Shown piece by piece: positions 19,860-31,711 of a DNA stretch of 64,000 nt. Both the position numbers and the translations under genes were made by a program. The stretch spans positions 896,001 through 960,000 of the forward strand of contig CAVVKJ010000010.1 of NCBI GenBank assembly GCA_963748815.1, written 5' to 3'. The notes under the pieces were generated by a model. It was given only the letters and a program-made list of their open reading frames with translations. It did no database searches and had not been told where the DNA came from. The DNA is from an uncultured Gemmatimonadales bacterium. GTDB lineage: Bacteria; Gemmatimonadota; Gemmatimonadetes; Gemmatimonadales; GWC2-71-9. Position 1 is the stretch's first letter, and the number at the start of each line of letters is the position of its first letter.

Positions 19860-20681
19860 TTACTCGCTGCCTTTCTTCTTCGGCTCGGCCTTGCGGGCGG
19901 TGCTGCGCCGCGCGCCGGCTTTCGGAGCCTTGACCTTGGGCGCCTTCGCCTTCGGCGCCGCCTTCTTCTTCGGAGCCGCCTTCGCCTTGGCCGGCTTGGC
20001 CGCCGCCTTCGGCTTGGCCGCCTTCTTCGCCTTCTTCGGGGCCGCCGCGGCGTCGGTCGCCGTGCTCACCTCGCCGCCCAGCGCGCCCTGCTCCACCACC
20101 AGCGCGTCGGCCCAGAGGATGTCGTACGCCGAGGCGTCGGCGTAGGGCAGCACCCCGGCGCGCGGCAGGTTCCGGGCGCTCAGGTAGGCCGTCGTGTTGA
20201 TGCCGTGCGTCAGCACCAGGACCTTCCGGCCCTCAAAGCCGAGCTTGCCGAGCAGCGCCGTCATCTGGCTGGTCTTGGGCGTCGCGAACTCGAGGCGCTC
20301 CACCACGGCCAGCAGGCCGTCGGCGGCGCGGGCATTGAGCGCCGACTTCCGCGCCAGCTGCCGCACCTTCTTCGGGATGCCGGTCCGCCAGTCACGCGGG
20401 GTCGGCGCGAAGGCGACACCGCCGCCGCGCCAGTGCGGCGCCCGGGTGGTCCCCTGCCGCGCGCGGCCGGTGCCCTTCTGCTTCCAGGGCTTCTGGTTGC
20501 CACCCGACACTTCCGCCCGGGTCTTCGCCTTCTGCGTGCCCTGGCGCTGGTTGTTCATGAACACCTTGACGGCCTCGTGGAGCGCCGGCTGGTGCACCGT
20601 GCCGTCGAACATGTCGGTCGGCAGCGCGAACGCCGTCTTCGCCTTGGCGCCGGCCGCGGAATACAGAGGAGCCTCAATCAT
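19860..20681 (-). CDS. rplD: 50S ribosomal protein L4 with Ala/Lys/Pro-rich C-terminal tail
   Basis: [27 protein letters not shown]. Confidence 0.98.
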   Translation of the reverse strand: MIEAPLYSAAGAKAKTAFALPTDMFDGTVHQPALHEAVKVFMNNQRQGTQKAKTRAEVSGGNQKPWKQKGTGRARQGTTRAPHWRGGGVAFAPTPRDWRTGIPKKVRQLARKSALNARAADGLLAVVERLEFATPKTSQMTALLGKLGFEGRKVLVLTHGINTTAYLSARNLPRAGVLPYADASAYDILWADALVVEQGALGGEVSTATDAAAAPKKAKKAAKPKAAAKPAKAKAAPKKKAAPKAKAPKVKAPKAGARRSTARKAEPKKKGSE

Positions 20682-21300
20682 GGCGGCTCTTGCCTCCCTG
20701 CTTGGAGACGGTCACGATGCCGTTCTTCGACCCGGGGATGGCCCCGCGCACGAAGAGGAGATTCCGCTCGGCATCCACCTGCACGACCGTCAGGCCGAGC
20801 TCGGTGTGACGTGCCGCGCCATGGTGGCCCGGCATCTTCTTGCCCTTGATGACGCGGGACGGATTGGTGCCCGGCCCGATGGAACCCGGCTTCCGGTGCC
20901 GCGTGTTGCCGTGCGAGGCCGGGCCGCCGCCGAAGCCGTGGCGCTTGACCACGCCCTGGAAGCCCTTGCCCTTGCTGGTGCCGGTCACCTTGACCCGCTC
21001 GCCCGCCGCGAAGATCTCGACCGTCACGGTCGAGCCCGCCGCCGGCGCGGCGTCGCCCGCCACGTCGAATTCCCGGATGACCCGGGGCGCCACCTCGAGG
21101 CCCGCCGCCTTCGCGTGCCCGAGTGCCGCCTTGCTCGCCCGCGTGGCCTTCTGCGCGCCGAAGCCGAGCTGCACCGTGCCGGTCTTGACCTGCACCACCT
21201 GGCAGGGACCCGCCTCGATCACGGTCACCGGGGTGGCGGTGCCGTCCTCGGCGAAGACCCGCGTCATGCCGAGCTTCCGGCCAATGAGTCCGTTCGTCAT
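20674..21300 (-). CDS. rplC: 50S ribosomal protein L3
   Basis: [24 protein letters not shown]. Confidence 0.98.
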   Translation of the reverse strand: MTNGLIGRKLGMTRVFAEDGTATPVTVIEAGPCQVVQVKTGTVQLGFGAQKATRASKAALGHAKAAGLEVAPRVIREFDVAGDAAPAAGSTVTVEIFAAGERVKVTGTSKGKGFQGVVKRHGFGGGPASHGNTRHRKPGSIGPGTNPSRVIKGKKMPGHHGAARHTELGLTVVQVDAERNLLFVRGAIPGSKNGIVTVSKQGGKSRHD

Positions 21301-21302
21301 GG

Positions 21303-21611
21303 CTACTGGACCTTGATCTCGACGTCCACGCCGGCCGGCAGGTCGAGCTTCGTCAGCGCGTCCACCGTCTGCGGGCGGGAGTCGTTGATGTCGAGCAGGC
21401 GCTTGTGGGTCCGGAGCTCGAACTGCTCGCGGCTCTTCTTGTCCACGTGCGGGCTGCGCAACACCGTCCACCGCTCGATCTTGACCGGGAGCGGGATCGG
21501 ACCCGACACCTGGGCGCCGGTCTTTTCCGCCGTGCGCACGATGTCCGCCGCGGCCTGGTCCAGCACCACGTGGTCGAACGCCTTCAGGCGGATGCGAATT
21601 TTCTGAGCCAT
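21303..21611 (-). CDS. rpsJ: 30S ribosomal protein S10
   Basis: [28 protein letters not shown]. Confidence 0.99.
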   Translation of the reverse strand: MAQKIRIRLKAFDHVVLDQAAADIVRTAEKTGAQVSGPIPLPVKIERWTVLRSPHVDKKSREQFELRTHKRLLDINDSRPQTVDALTKLDLPAGVDVEIKVQ

Positions 21612-21639
21612 CGTTCTCTCGTTTCTCGAAGGCGGGTCA

Positions 21640-21682
21640 GCGGGGAAGTGGGGAGGCGGGGAGGACTTCCCCGCTTCCCCGC
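21640..21682. repeat. inverted CGGGGAAG octamer cluster between tuf and rpsJ
   Basis: GCGGGGAAGTGGGGA...CTTCCCCGCTTCCCCGC. Confidence 0.8.
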
Positions 21683-21698
21683 GTCGCCGCCCTGTCGC

Positions 21699-22901
<1,203 letters not shown>

Positions 22902-22951
22902 GGCTCGCTATCCTGTCGAGATGTGGGGAGTCTGCTGAGTGCCTCTCGGCC

Positions 22952-25052
22952 TCAGCCTTTCTGCTGCTTGGTAATGATGCCTTCCGCGATGTTCTTCGGC
23001 ACTTCTTCGTAATGGTCAAACTGCATCGAGTAGACGGCGCGCCCCTGCGTCATGCTGCGGAGCGTGGTCGAGTACCCGAACATTTCCGACAGGGGGACGT
23101 CCGCGGCCACCACCTGGGCGTCGCCGCGCTGCGTCATGCCGCCGATCTTGCCGCGCCGGCTGGACAGGTCGCCGATGACGTCGCCGAGGAAGTCGGAGGG
23201 GCTCACCACCTCGACCTCCATGACCGGCTCGAGGAGGACCGGGTGGGCCATCCGCGCCGCTTCCTTGACCGCCATCGAGCCGGCGATCTTGAACGCCATT
23301 TCGCTCGAGTCGACGTCGTGGTAGCTGCCGTACACCAGCGTCACCTTCACGTCCACCATCGGGTAGCCGGCCAGGATGCCGCCCTCGAGCGCCTCGCGAA
23401 TGCCCGCTTCCACCGGCTTGATGAACTCCCGGGGAATGACGCCGCCGACGATCTTGTCCTCGAACACGAAGCCCTGCCCGACGTCGGCCGGCTCGCAGTG
23501 GATGACGACGTGGCCGTACTGGCCCTTGCCGCCCGACTGCCGGATGAACTTGCCCTCGACGTTCTCGACCCGCTTCCGGATCGTCTCGCGGAAGGCCACC
23601 TGCGGCTTGCCGACGTTGGCCTCGACCTTGAACTCGCGCTTCATGCGGTCCACCAGGATTTCCAGGTGGAGCTCGCCCATGCCCGCGATGATGGTCTGGC
23701 CGGTCTCGACGTCGGTCCGGACCCGGAACGTCGGGTCCTCTTCCTGCAGCTTCTGCAGGGCGATGGTCAGCTTGTCCTGGTCCGCCTTCGTCTTCGGCTC
23801 GATGGCCACGTCGATGACGGGGTTCGGGAACTTCATGGCCTCGAGGATGATCGGCTTGTCCTCGTCCGACAGGGTGTCCCCCGTCCGGGTGTCCTTCAGG
23901 CCGATGGCGGCGCCGATGTCGCCCGCCCACACTTCCTCGATCTCTTCCCGCTTGTTCGCGTGCATCTGGAGCAGCCGCCCCACCCGCTCGCGCTTGTCCT
24001 TGGTGCTGTTGTACACGTAGCTGCCCGACTTCAGCGAGCCGGAGTACACCCGGAAGAAGGTCAGCCGGCCGACGTACGGGTCGGTGGCCACCTTGAACGC
24101 CAGCGCGGAGAAGGGCTCGTCGTCCCTCGCGTCGCGATGCGCCGGGGTGTCGTCGTGCAGCGGCAGGTGGCCCTGCACCGGCTTGACGTCCATCGGGCTC
24201 GGCAGGTAGTCGATGACCGCGTCGAGCAGCGCCTGCACGCCCTTGTTCTTGAACGAGGCGCCGCAGAGCACCGGCACGATCGACCCGGAGCAGGTCGCCT
24301 TCCGGATGGCGGTGTTGATCTCGTCGAGGGTCAGTTCCTGGCCGGCCAGGTACTTCTCCATCAGCGACGTCGTCCGACTCGACCGCGGCCTCGATCACCT
24401 CGTGCCGGGCCTGCTCGACGCGCTCCTTGAAGGCGTCGGCGACGGGCATCTCGGTGAAGGTCTTGCCGAGGGTCTCTTCGTCGAAGATGTACTCGACCCG
24501 GCGCAGCACGTCGATGTGGCCGGTGAAGGTCTCGCCGGAGCCGACCGGCAGCTGGATCGGGAACGCCCGCTTGGTCAGGCGGTTCCGGATCATGGTCAGG
24601 CAGCGGTCGAAGTCGGCGCCGACCCGGTCCATCTTGTTGGCGAAGATGATCCGCGGCACGCCGTACCGGTCGGCCTGGCGCCAGACGGTCTCGGTCTGGG
24701 GCTCGACGCCGGCCACCGAGTCGAGCAGGGTGACGGCGCCGTCGAGCACGCGCAGCGACCGCTCCACCTCGACCGTGAAGTCCACGTGGCCGGGGGTGTC
24801 GATGATGTTGATCCGGTGCGTGACCCCGTTCCGGATCCAGAAACAGGTCGTGGCGGCGGAGGTGATGGTGATGCCCCGCTCCTGCTCCTGCTCCATCCAG
24901 TCCATGGTGGCCGCACCCTCGTGCACTTCACCGATCTTGTAGTTCTTGCCGGTGTAGTAGAGGATCCGCTCGGTCGTAGTCGTCTTCCCGGCATCAATGT
25001 GGGCCATGATGCCGATGTTCCGGTACAATTCGAGCGATGTTTGACGCGACAT
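22952..25052 (-). CDS. fusA: elongation factor G; +1 frameshift near 24365, probably a sequencing error
   Basis: [17 protein letters not shown] in frame 1; [19 protein letters not shown] in frame 2; removing one base in GACGTCGCTGATG restores LMEKYL. Confidence 0.97.
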
Positions 25053-25082
25053 ACGGTCCCTGTCTCTAGTCTCTATTCAGCG

Positions 25083-25129
25083 AAAAAGCGGGGCGACCGA
25101 CCGGGCAGATGCCCGTGGTATCGCTCCGC
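25083..25129 (-). terminator. terminator/attenuator-like hairpin with U-tract just before fusA
   Basis: GCGGAGCGAU..CGGGC-AUCU-GCCCG..GUCGCCCCGC-UUUUU. Confidence 0.5.
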
Positions 25130-25261
25130 GCACGTCCGGGCTTGCGCCCGAGACGAGGAATCTCAAGGACTCCCTCGCAGTTTCGTCGGAAGACCAGAGG
25201 TGGCGGGCGGTCTGGCCGCCGTCACGTGGTCCGATTATCGGGCGACCCTCCGCCCACAACC

Positions 25262-25289
25262 GGGGCGAACACGAGGTTCGCCCCTGTAC
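25262..25289 (-). repeat. REP-like palindrome (GTAG-family-like)
   Basis: GTACA-GGGGCGAAC-CTCGT-GTTCGCCCC, perfect 9-bp stem. Confidence 0.5.
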
Positions 25290-25301
25290 CCTGCTAGGCG
25301 C

Positions 25302-25772
25302 CTACCAGCGGTAGTGCGCGAACGCCCGGTTGGCCTCGGCCATGCGGTGCGTGTCTTCCTTCTTCTTGATGGTGCTGCCCTCGCCCTTCGCGGCCAGGAT
25401 CAGCTCCGCCGCGAGGCGCTCCGCCATCGTCTTCTCGGTGCGGTCCCGGGCGAACCCGATGATCCACCGCATGGCCAGCGCGCCGCGGCGGTCCGGACGG
25501 ACCTCCACCGGCACCTGGAGCGAGGCGCCGCCGACCCGGCGGCTCTTCACTTCGAGCGCGGGCTTGGCGTTGTTGACCGCCTGCTTGAAGACCGTGACGC
25601 CCGGCTGCCCGGTGCGCTCCTCGATCAGGTCCATGGCGGTGTAGAAGATGCCTTCCGCCGTGCTCTTCTTGCCTTCGGTCATCAGGTTGTTGACGAACTT
25701 GCTGACCGTCTGGCTGTCGTAGCGCGGATCGGGCGGCACCGGCCGCCGGACCGCCTTGTTCCGGCGGCTCAC
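25302..25772 (-). CDS. rpsG: 30S ribosomal protein S7 (GTG start)
   Basis: [31 protein letters not shown]. Confidence 0.98.
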   Translation of the reverse strand: MSRRNKAVRRPVPPDPRYDSQTVSKFVNNLMTEGKKSTAEGIFYTAMDLIEERTGQPGVTVFKQAVNNAKPALEVKSRRVGGASLQVPVEVRPDRRGALAMRWIIGFARDRTEKTMAERLAAELILAAKGEGSTIKKKEDTHRMAEANRAFAHYRW

Positions 25773-26164
25773 TTCTTCCCTCCGGCCGCGCCGGCCTTCG
25801 GACGCTTGGCGCCGTACTTCGAGCGCGACTGGCGGCGATCGTTGACGCCGGCGGTGTCGAGGCTGCCGCGGACGATGTGATACCGCACGCCCGGCAGGTC
25901 CTTCACGCGGCCGCCGCGGATCAACACGATCGAGTGCTCCTGCAGGTTGTGCCCTTCGCCCGGGATGTAGGCGATGACTTCGAACCCGTTCGTCAGCCGG
26001 ACCTTCGCAACCTTGCGGAGCGCGGAGTTCGGCTTCTTGGGTGTGGTGGTGTAGACGCGGGTGCAGACGCCACGCCGGAGGGGATTCCTCTTGAGCGCAG
26101 GCGACTTGCCCTTGTAGACCGGCGTCTTGCGACCGTTCCGGACGAGTTGGTTGATGGTCGGCAT
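25769..26164 (-). CDS. rpsL: 30S ribosomal protein S12
   Basis: [32 protein letters not shown]. Confidence 0.99.
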   Translation of the reverse strand: MPTINQLVRNGRKTPVYKGKSPALKRNPLRRGVCTRVYTTTPKKPNSALRKVAKVRLTNGFEVIAYIPGEGHNLQEHSIVLIRGGRVKDLPGVRYHIVRGSLDTAGVNDRRQSRSKYGAKRPKAGAAGGKK

Positions 26165-26219
26165 ACCCTGCACTTGTTCGTGGTCCGAATAAAATGGCCG
26201 CAAATGGCGGCAGACACCA

Positions 26220-26248
26220 AAGATAGAGGGCCTTCTGGCGGGAGTCAA
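26220..26248 (-). promoter_or_regulatory. sigma70 promoter of the str operon
   Basis: TTGACT-17-TATCTT. Confidence 0.7.
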
Positions 26249-26436
26249 GGGAGGGGGTATGGCGGGAACGTCCCCATCGCCGAACCGCCCCCATCCTCCG
26301 TCATGGCGGGGGCGGCCGGCGTCTATCCTGTGACACTGCAACAGTTTAACCCATCCCCAAGCGGGCCGATGGGGCGCTCCCCCCGAGGCGGCCATTCCGC
26401 GGCCGGACCGGGAGAGCAATACCAGTTGTTGCAGAA

Positions 26437-26520
26437 GGAGAACGGCAACGCGTTCGCGTAGCTCCCCTCGTACGACATGTCCCTGAACGCGGCGACCGTT
26501 GAAGCCTGGCCGTTGATATA
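26437..26520 (-). pseudogene. orphan C-terminal fragment of a leishmanolysin-like peptidase
   Basis: Start-less frame [28 protein letters not shown] versus TVGSLRDMGYTVSSANADPYS in the adjacent gene (12/21 identical). Confidence 0.65.
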
Positions 26521-26557
26521 CCGACGCCGGGGTCACATCCGAACGCCACCCCGTGTC

Positions 26558-29326
26558 CTACCGCACTCGCGTCAGCCTCCCACCAGCATCGATCGCCAGC
26601 ACCGTCCAGTCGGGGATCGCCTCCACCAGGTGGACCCCTCCCCCCTGCCCCGGCGCGCGGAGATTTGCCGAACTCACCGAGTACGGATCTGCGTTCGCCG
26701 AACTGACCGTGTACCCCATATCCCGGAGGGAGCCGACCGTGATGGCGCTGAGCGGGTTGTTTGTCAGGCTGATATAGCCGGTCATCAACTCGGCGCCCAT
26801 GACCGACTCACGCCAATGCGCGTCCCTGGTGCCAGGCCCGCCCCCGGCCTCGACCGGGACGCGAGGGCCAAAATATGGTACGCCGGCGCAACACGCCGCC
26901 GTAAAGGCATCCACCGCATTCACGCCAGGGAAGTACGGCTCGGACGTTCCCCCGCCGACCAGGAGCGAAGGAGGGACGGTCCACAGGGTCCCGAAGCCGA
27001 TGACGTGCCCCATTTCGTGGAGGATGACCGCCGAGAAGACCCCATTGGCGTCCAGCAGCGCCAGGTCGGAGGAATCGAACCGCATCGCGCCGACGGCGGT
27101 GAACTTGCTCCCGCTGCGGATCAGGCAGGGCCCCGCGGAGCCCAGGATGCCGCCGGGTCCGTCGATCGAATCGATGGTCACGAAGATCAGGATGTCGTCG
27201 ATCGTTTCGCTGATGCCCGGATACGTCGGCCCGCAAACGGAGCCGGGCGCCTGGAAGAGGGGGACGCTGGTGAGGTTGCCGTAGATGATGCTCGACCAGC
27301 GTGCCGCCGCGTTGACAAACGCAAGCTGCCGGCTCGGCGACATGGCCGTGAGATAGCGCAGGTCGATGTTGTACTCGCTGACGAACGCACTGCCGGTCGC
27401 GTTGAAGGTGATGTTCGCCGGGGTCGTGCCGGTGACCGCAGCGATGGTCGTCTGCGCACCGACACCGGCGCCCAGCGTGCGCCTCGTCGTGGAGCTCCCG
27501 TCGGCCAGCGTCCGCACGCTGCTGGCGGTGGTCCATCCGCCCCCGATCCCCGGACCCCATCGGACCTCCACGTTTGGCACCGGATTGCCGTACAGGTCCT
27601 TGACCGATGCGACCAGCGGGAGACTCAGCGGGTTCCCGATGACCGCGCTCTGGTTGTCGCCCGACACCAGCGTGAGGGACGACGGGGGCCCGGGGTTCGC
27701 GGTGGCCGTGAACGTCTCCTGCATGCCCGCCACGGCCGCGAGTCGTGCCGTCAGGAACTGATTGCGCGTCCCGGCCACCGTGCCAAGCGTCCAGGTCGTC
27801 GAGGTGTAGCCGTTCGCGTCGGTAACTGACGAGGCCACCCCCGTGCTCCCATTCGCGGGCGCCCAGTTGACCGTCGCACCGGATCGCACGTTGCCGTACG
27901 CGTCCCGTACCAGGACCGACACTGGCTCCGGCAGGACCGCACCGACGATGGCCGTCTGGAAATCTCCGGTGTACCGCTCGATTCGGGCCGGGGGCCCAGC
28001 CACCGCATTGAACTGGAAGAGGACGATGACGCCGGGATCCTCGGCGGCAGGGACCCGCGCGCCGACCAGTTGTGTCCCCGCGGTCGGAAAGAGCGTGAAC
28101 GCCAGCGACGCCTGCCCAGCGGCGTTGGTCACGCTGCTCGTGGCACCCTCAGGAAAATCCCAGACGACGGTGGTGCCCGCCACCGGGGCGCCCGCCGAGT
28201 CGCGCACCTGCACGACGAGCGGCTGTGCCAGGAGGGTCCCAACCGTGCCGGCCTGCCCGTTCCCTGACAGGATCGCGATCTGGGTCGGGCGCTGCGTGGC
28301 CGTGGCCACGAACGATGCCGGCGACCCGGTGAGGCCGGCCACGGTCGCCCGCAGCCCCTGGTTGTTGATCCCGACCGTCGCCCCAAGCGTCCACTCGGTG
28401 GACGATGTGCCGCCGGCGTCCGTCACGTTCTGCGTGGTCGACAGCGACCCGCCGCCGGCCGTGACCTCCCATCCGACGAACACCCCCTCCACCGGAACTC
28501 CCCCGCCGCCCGGAGTCGTCACCACGACTGTCGGCCGCAGGGGTGCGGGCGTGCTGATGACCCCGGTCTGGTTGTCGCCGAAGGCGATGGTCAGCGTTCC
28601 CGCCGAGAGGGTCGCCGACCCGGTGAAGTACTCCCACGGGGCGCCGGGCACGTAGACCCGCACCTTCTGCAGGTTGGCGCCGACGACGGGACCGGGAGAC
28701 CACGAAGTCGAGGCCACCCCGGAGGCATCGGTCACCGAGGTGCCCGGCATGGTGACGCCCCGGCCCTCGATCGCGCTCCAGGTGACGATCGCCCCCACCA
28801 CCGGGTTGTTCAGCAGGTCCTCGACCCGCACCGAGAGCGGTTGCGGATAGGGCTGCACCACCTCCCCAACCTGTGACTCGCCGGCGAGCCTGATGAGCTT
28901 CGCGGCGGCCCCCGAGGCAGCGGACGCGGTAAATGTCGGCACGGCGCCCTGATAGCCTGGGATGCCGGCCGTGACGGTGTTGTTATTGGTGCCGGAGGTG
29001 GTACCGAGGATCCAGGTGACCGAGGCGACCCCCTGCGCGGTGGTGACTGCGGAGGTGCCTACCGTTCGCCCACCGCCGGCGGTCACGGTGAAAGTCACCG
29101 TGACGCCGGCCATCAGGGCGCCATTCTGGTCGCGCACCGTCACGCCGATGGTGGCGGGAAGCGCCGCGCTGACCGTGCCGCTCTGGCCATCGCCAGTCTT
29201 GGTGACGGTGGTGGGCACCAGCGTTGCGGGCGGCTGGGTCGGTCCACCGTCGGAGGAGCCGCATTGCCAGGCGGTCACGCACGCCAGGAGCGCTCCGGCC
29301 ACCCGCACCCCCCGGTTCCATCCCAT
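26558..29326 (-). CDS. lipoprotein with ~6 Ig-like (Big_1-type) repeats and a C-terminal leishmanolysin-like (M8) zinc metalloprotease
   Basis: Signal ending WQC; repeated GDxQxG..V.W/F...GG..TD..G.AS..WTLG; DGPGGILGSAGP, LHEMGHVIG, AHWRE, ELMTG. Confidence 0.85.
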   Translation of the reverse strand: MGWNRGVRVAGALLACVTAWQCGSSDGGPTQPPATLVPTTVTKTGDGQSGTVSAALPATIGVTVRDQNGALMAGVTVTFTVTAGGGRTVGTSAVTTAQGVASVTWILGTTSGTNNNTVTAGIPGYQGAVPTFTASAASGAAAKLIRLAGESQVGEVVQPYPQPLSVRVEDLLNNPVVGAIVTWSAIEGRGVTMPGTSVTDASGVASTSWSPGPVVGANLQKVRVYVPGAPWEYFTGSATLSAGTLTIAFGDNQTGVISTPAPLRPTVVVTTPGGGGVPVEGVFVGWEVTAGGGSLSTTQNVTDAGGTSSTEWTLGATVGINNQGLRATVAGLTGSPASFVATATQRPTQIAILSGNGQAGTVGTLLAQPLVVQVRDSAGAPVAGTTVVWDFPEGATSSVTNAAGQASLAFTLFPTAGTQLVGARVPAAEDPGVIVLFQFNAVAGPPARIERYTGDFQTAIVGAVLPEPVSVLVRDAYGNVRSGATVNWAPANGSTGVASSVTDANGYTSTTWTLGTVAGTRNQFLTARLAAVAGMQETFTATANPGPPSSLTLVSGDNQSAVIGNPLSLPLVASVKDLYGNPVPNVEVRWGPGIGGGWTTASSVRTLADGSSTTRRTLGAGVGAQTTIAAVTGTTPANITFNATGSAFVSEYNIDLRYLTAMSPSRQLAFVNAAARWSSIIYGNLTSVPLFQAPGSVCGPTYPGISETIDDILIFVTIDSIDGPGGILGSAGPCLIRSGSKFTAVGAMRFDSSDLALLDANGVFSAVILHEMGHVIGFGTLWTVPPSLLVGGGTSEPYFPGVNAVDAFTAACCAGVPYFGPRVPVEAGGGPGTRDAHWRESVMGAELMTGYISLTNNPLSAITVGSLRDMGYTVSSANADPYSVSSANLRAPGQGGGVHLVEAIPDWTVLAIDAGGRLTRVR

Positions 29327-29404
29327 GCGCAGCTCCTGTCCGGTCGACACCGAGGTGGACCGGAGAAACCTGATGCCGGGTGCACCGTCGCGCCAGAGGC
29401 GGGG

Positions 29405-29907
29405 CTTGGACTGATTGCCCCCGACGCTCACTTCGAGCTCGTGCACGCCCTCCCCGGCAACCGCACCGAGCGTCCACCCAACGGACGCACTCCCTGCGTC
29501 GTCGGTTATTGACTCCGCGGCGGTACCGACCCGCCGCCGGCCGCGACACGCCATGTCAACGTGACGCCCGGGACGGGTTGATTGGTGGCGTCCTTGACGA
29601 TCACCGCCGGGTGCTTCGCCAAGTCAGCTGCGACCTCCCCGGTCTGCCAGTCTCCATCGACCTTGTCGATGAACGCGATGGCGGTCGCGGTGAAGGACAC
29701 GACGTCGCCGTCCGGCCCCGGGATGCTCGCGGTGACTTCCTGCCGTCCCGACCACACCCCGGTCCCGAGCGCCCAAAACGTGGCGGCCAGACCGGCGTCA
29801 TTCGTGACGGCCAGTGGATAGGTGACACGCCCTCCACCGGCGGTGACGAAGAATGCCACCTCTGCACCCGGCACCGGGGTGCCGTGCTGGTCGGTGACGA
29901 GAACCGA
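29405..29907 (-). pseudogene. Ig-like (Big_1) repeat fragment without start or end
   Basis: SVLVTDQHGTPVPGAEVAFFVTAGGG..WALG; DGDWQTG..; ITDDAGSASVGWTLG after a frameshift. Confidence 0.7.
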
Positions 29908-30925
29908 AGTCGTAGTGGTAGGCAGCGTCATAGCCGGAAATCATGGCGTCCGCCCGGGCCAGCGAGACGTGCGCCACCAGGCGCGCCAGCAGCCAGGCGT
30001 TGAGGTGGCGCTTCGCGGCGAGGCTGCGCGCGGCGTCGTTCCAGGTCTGGTGGATCGCCGCCCAGCCAGTAGTACGCGATGTCGGTCTGCTCCTGGGTGC
30101 GCTCCGACACCAATCCCCCCAATCGCTTGACCTCGTCGTAGTCCGCGAGATACGCGCGGCGTCTGGACGGCCGCCTCCACCGTGGCCGCGCCATACATCG
30201 GCGGCGCGCGGAATTGCGAGCCGCTGGCCAGGACGAACGGACGGATGTTGCCCCACTGCGGAATCGCCCGCGGGCCGGTCAGCGCCGTCGCCGTCCCCAC
30301 GGTCGAACGGAACCTCCCCGGCTCGCCGGTCGAGGTGAACACCACCGCCGCTGGACCGGCGGAACCGTCGCCGGCGCGGAGCGCCAGCATGGCGGCGGCG
30401 GCATCGTGGCCGAGCTGCACGCCGCGGGTCACCTCGTCGCAGTCATCCAGCGCGGCCATGTAGTCGTTGTACGCCTGCGTGATGAAGTCCAGCGCCGCCG
30501 GCGTCGGCAGCTCCGCGCCGATGGAGGCCAGCACCTCATACGCTCCGGTGGCGATGGCCGCCTCGACCGACAGAGGGCGGGTCGACCTGCCCGTCATACG
30601 CGTACGGCTCGAAGCGGCGCTGCACCGCGTTCAGCACATCGTGCATGGTCGTGTTGGCCATCGCCTGGATGCGGGCCTCGGCAGGCGGGTTGGTGGCCGC
30701 CAGCGTGCTGAACTGCGCGATGTTGTCGTTCCAGTCTTGCACGGCCTCGACCAGTTCGGCGCGATGGTGGCCGCCCCGCCACGCCATCGGCGCGGCATCG
30801 AGTTCGAGCGCCTGTGGGGAGTCGCCGCTCGTGAGCGGCGCCGTGGCATCCGTTCCGGGCTGGTCGCTGCAGGCGGCGATCGCCAGCAGCATCGCAACGG
30901 GGATGACGATTCGTGAGGTGCGCAT
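29905..30925 (-). pseudogene. vanadium haloperoxidase/PAP2-like lipoprotein, 3'-truncated and multiply frameshifted
   Basis: LAIAAC lipobox; MHDVLNA, RAGDGS, PQWGNIRPF, YLADYDEVKRLG, RTQEQTDIA, ADAMISGYDAAYHYDF; stops before the WRP/PSGH motifs. Confidence 0.7.
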
Positions 30926-31128
30926 CGGTGCCTCGCTTCAAATGGGGGGGTGTGGGCGGACTCCCGTCCCGACCTCCGCGGACGGGTCATGCCGCCGTGG
31001 AGTCTATTGCGGCGCACGGCTTCGTTGTGCACCTTAGGGGAGTTCCTGAAGCGCACGGTCACCCCCGCCTGCTTCTGGCTCCCTCTACCAATAGACGCGC
31101 CGACAGGCGCCAAATCGGGCCATCCATC

Positions 31129-31707
31129 ATGGATTCCACTGGGCGGGTGACGGAACTGCTGCATCGGGCCGGCGCGGGCGACCCCACCGCCGCGGCCGCC
31201 GTCTTTCCCCTCGTCTACGACGAACTCCGCCTCCTGGCCCACCGCCAGCTCCGCCGCGAATCCTCCGGCCACAGCCTCAACACGACCGCCCTGGTCCACG
31301 AGGCGTACCTCAAGCTGGTGGACCAGACCCGGAGCCCAGATCACGGACCGCTCGCACTTCTTCGCCGTCGCGGCCACCGCCATGCGCCGGATCCTGGTGG
31401 ATCACGCCCGCCGGCATGGCGCGGCAAAGCGAGGCGCCGGCGCGAAGCGGGTCCCGCTGGAGATGGTCGACGGACTCGCCGCGGAGGAGCGCGCCGACCT
31501 GCTCGTGGCGCTCGACGCGGCGCTGCTCCAGCCTCGCGGCGCTCGACGCGCGGCAGGCGAAGGTGGTCGAGTGCCGGTTCTTCGGCGGGTTGACGGAGGA
31601 GGAGACGGCCGAGGCGCTCGGCACCAGCCCCCGGACGGTCAAGCGGGACTGGGCGAAGGCGCGGAGCTGGCTCTACCAGGCGCTGTATCCGGATCGTGGT
31701 GGGCTGA
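31129..31707 (+). CDS. ECF sigma factor of the kinase-associated type (ECF43/TIGR02999-like); several frameshifts
   Basis: VTELL..GD..VFPLVYDELR, SLNTTALVHEAYLKL, AMRRILVDHAR, VVECRFFGGLT.EE.AE.LG.S.RTVKRDW.KAR.WL. Confidence 0.85.
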
Positions 31708-31711
31708 GCCG

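Noticed and set aside
22952..25052. Programmed frameshifting or pseudogenisation of fusA, rpsE and glyQS
   Set aside because: No slippery motif; both halves fully conserved; isolated indel errors are simpler
25170..25200. Hammerhead ribozyme (GACGAAAC on the minus strand)
   Set aside because: No CUGANGA core found nearby
25077..25259. 60-aa leader peptide before fusA
   Set aside because: TTG start, no clear SD, overlaps the hairpins, no informative codon run
25769..26164. Streptomycin-resistance substitutions in S12
   Set aside because: PKKPNSA and RVKDLP are the wild-type motifs
26558..26580. Similar 3' ends at 26558 and 36364 as att sites
   Set aside because: Explained by paralogous coding sequence (LTRVR*/ITRVR*); similarity does not extend past the stop
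26437..26790. Diversity-generating retroelement TR/VR pair
   Set aside because: Mismatches are not adenine-restricted, identity is low, and no reverse transcriptase is present
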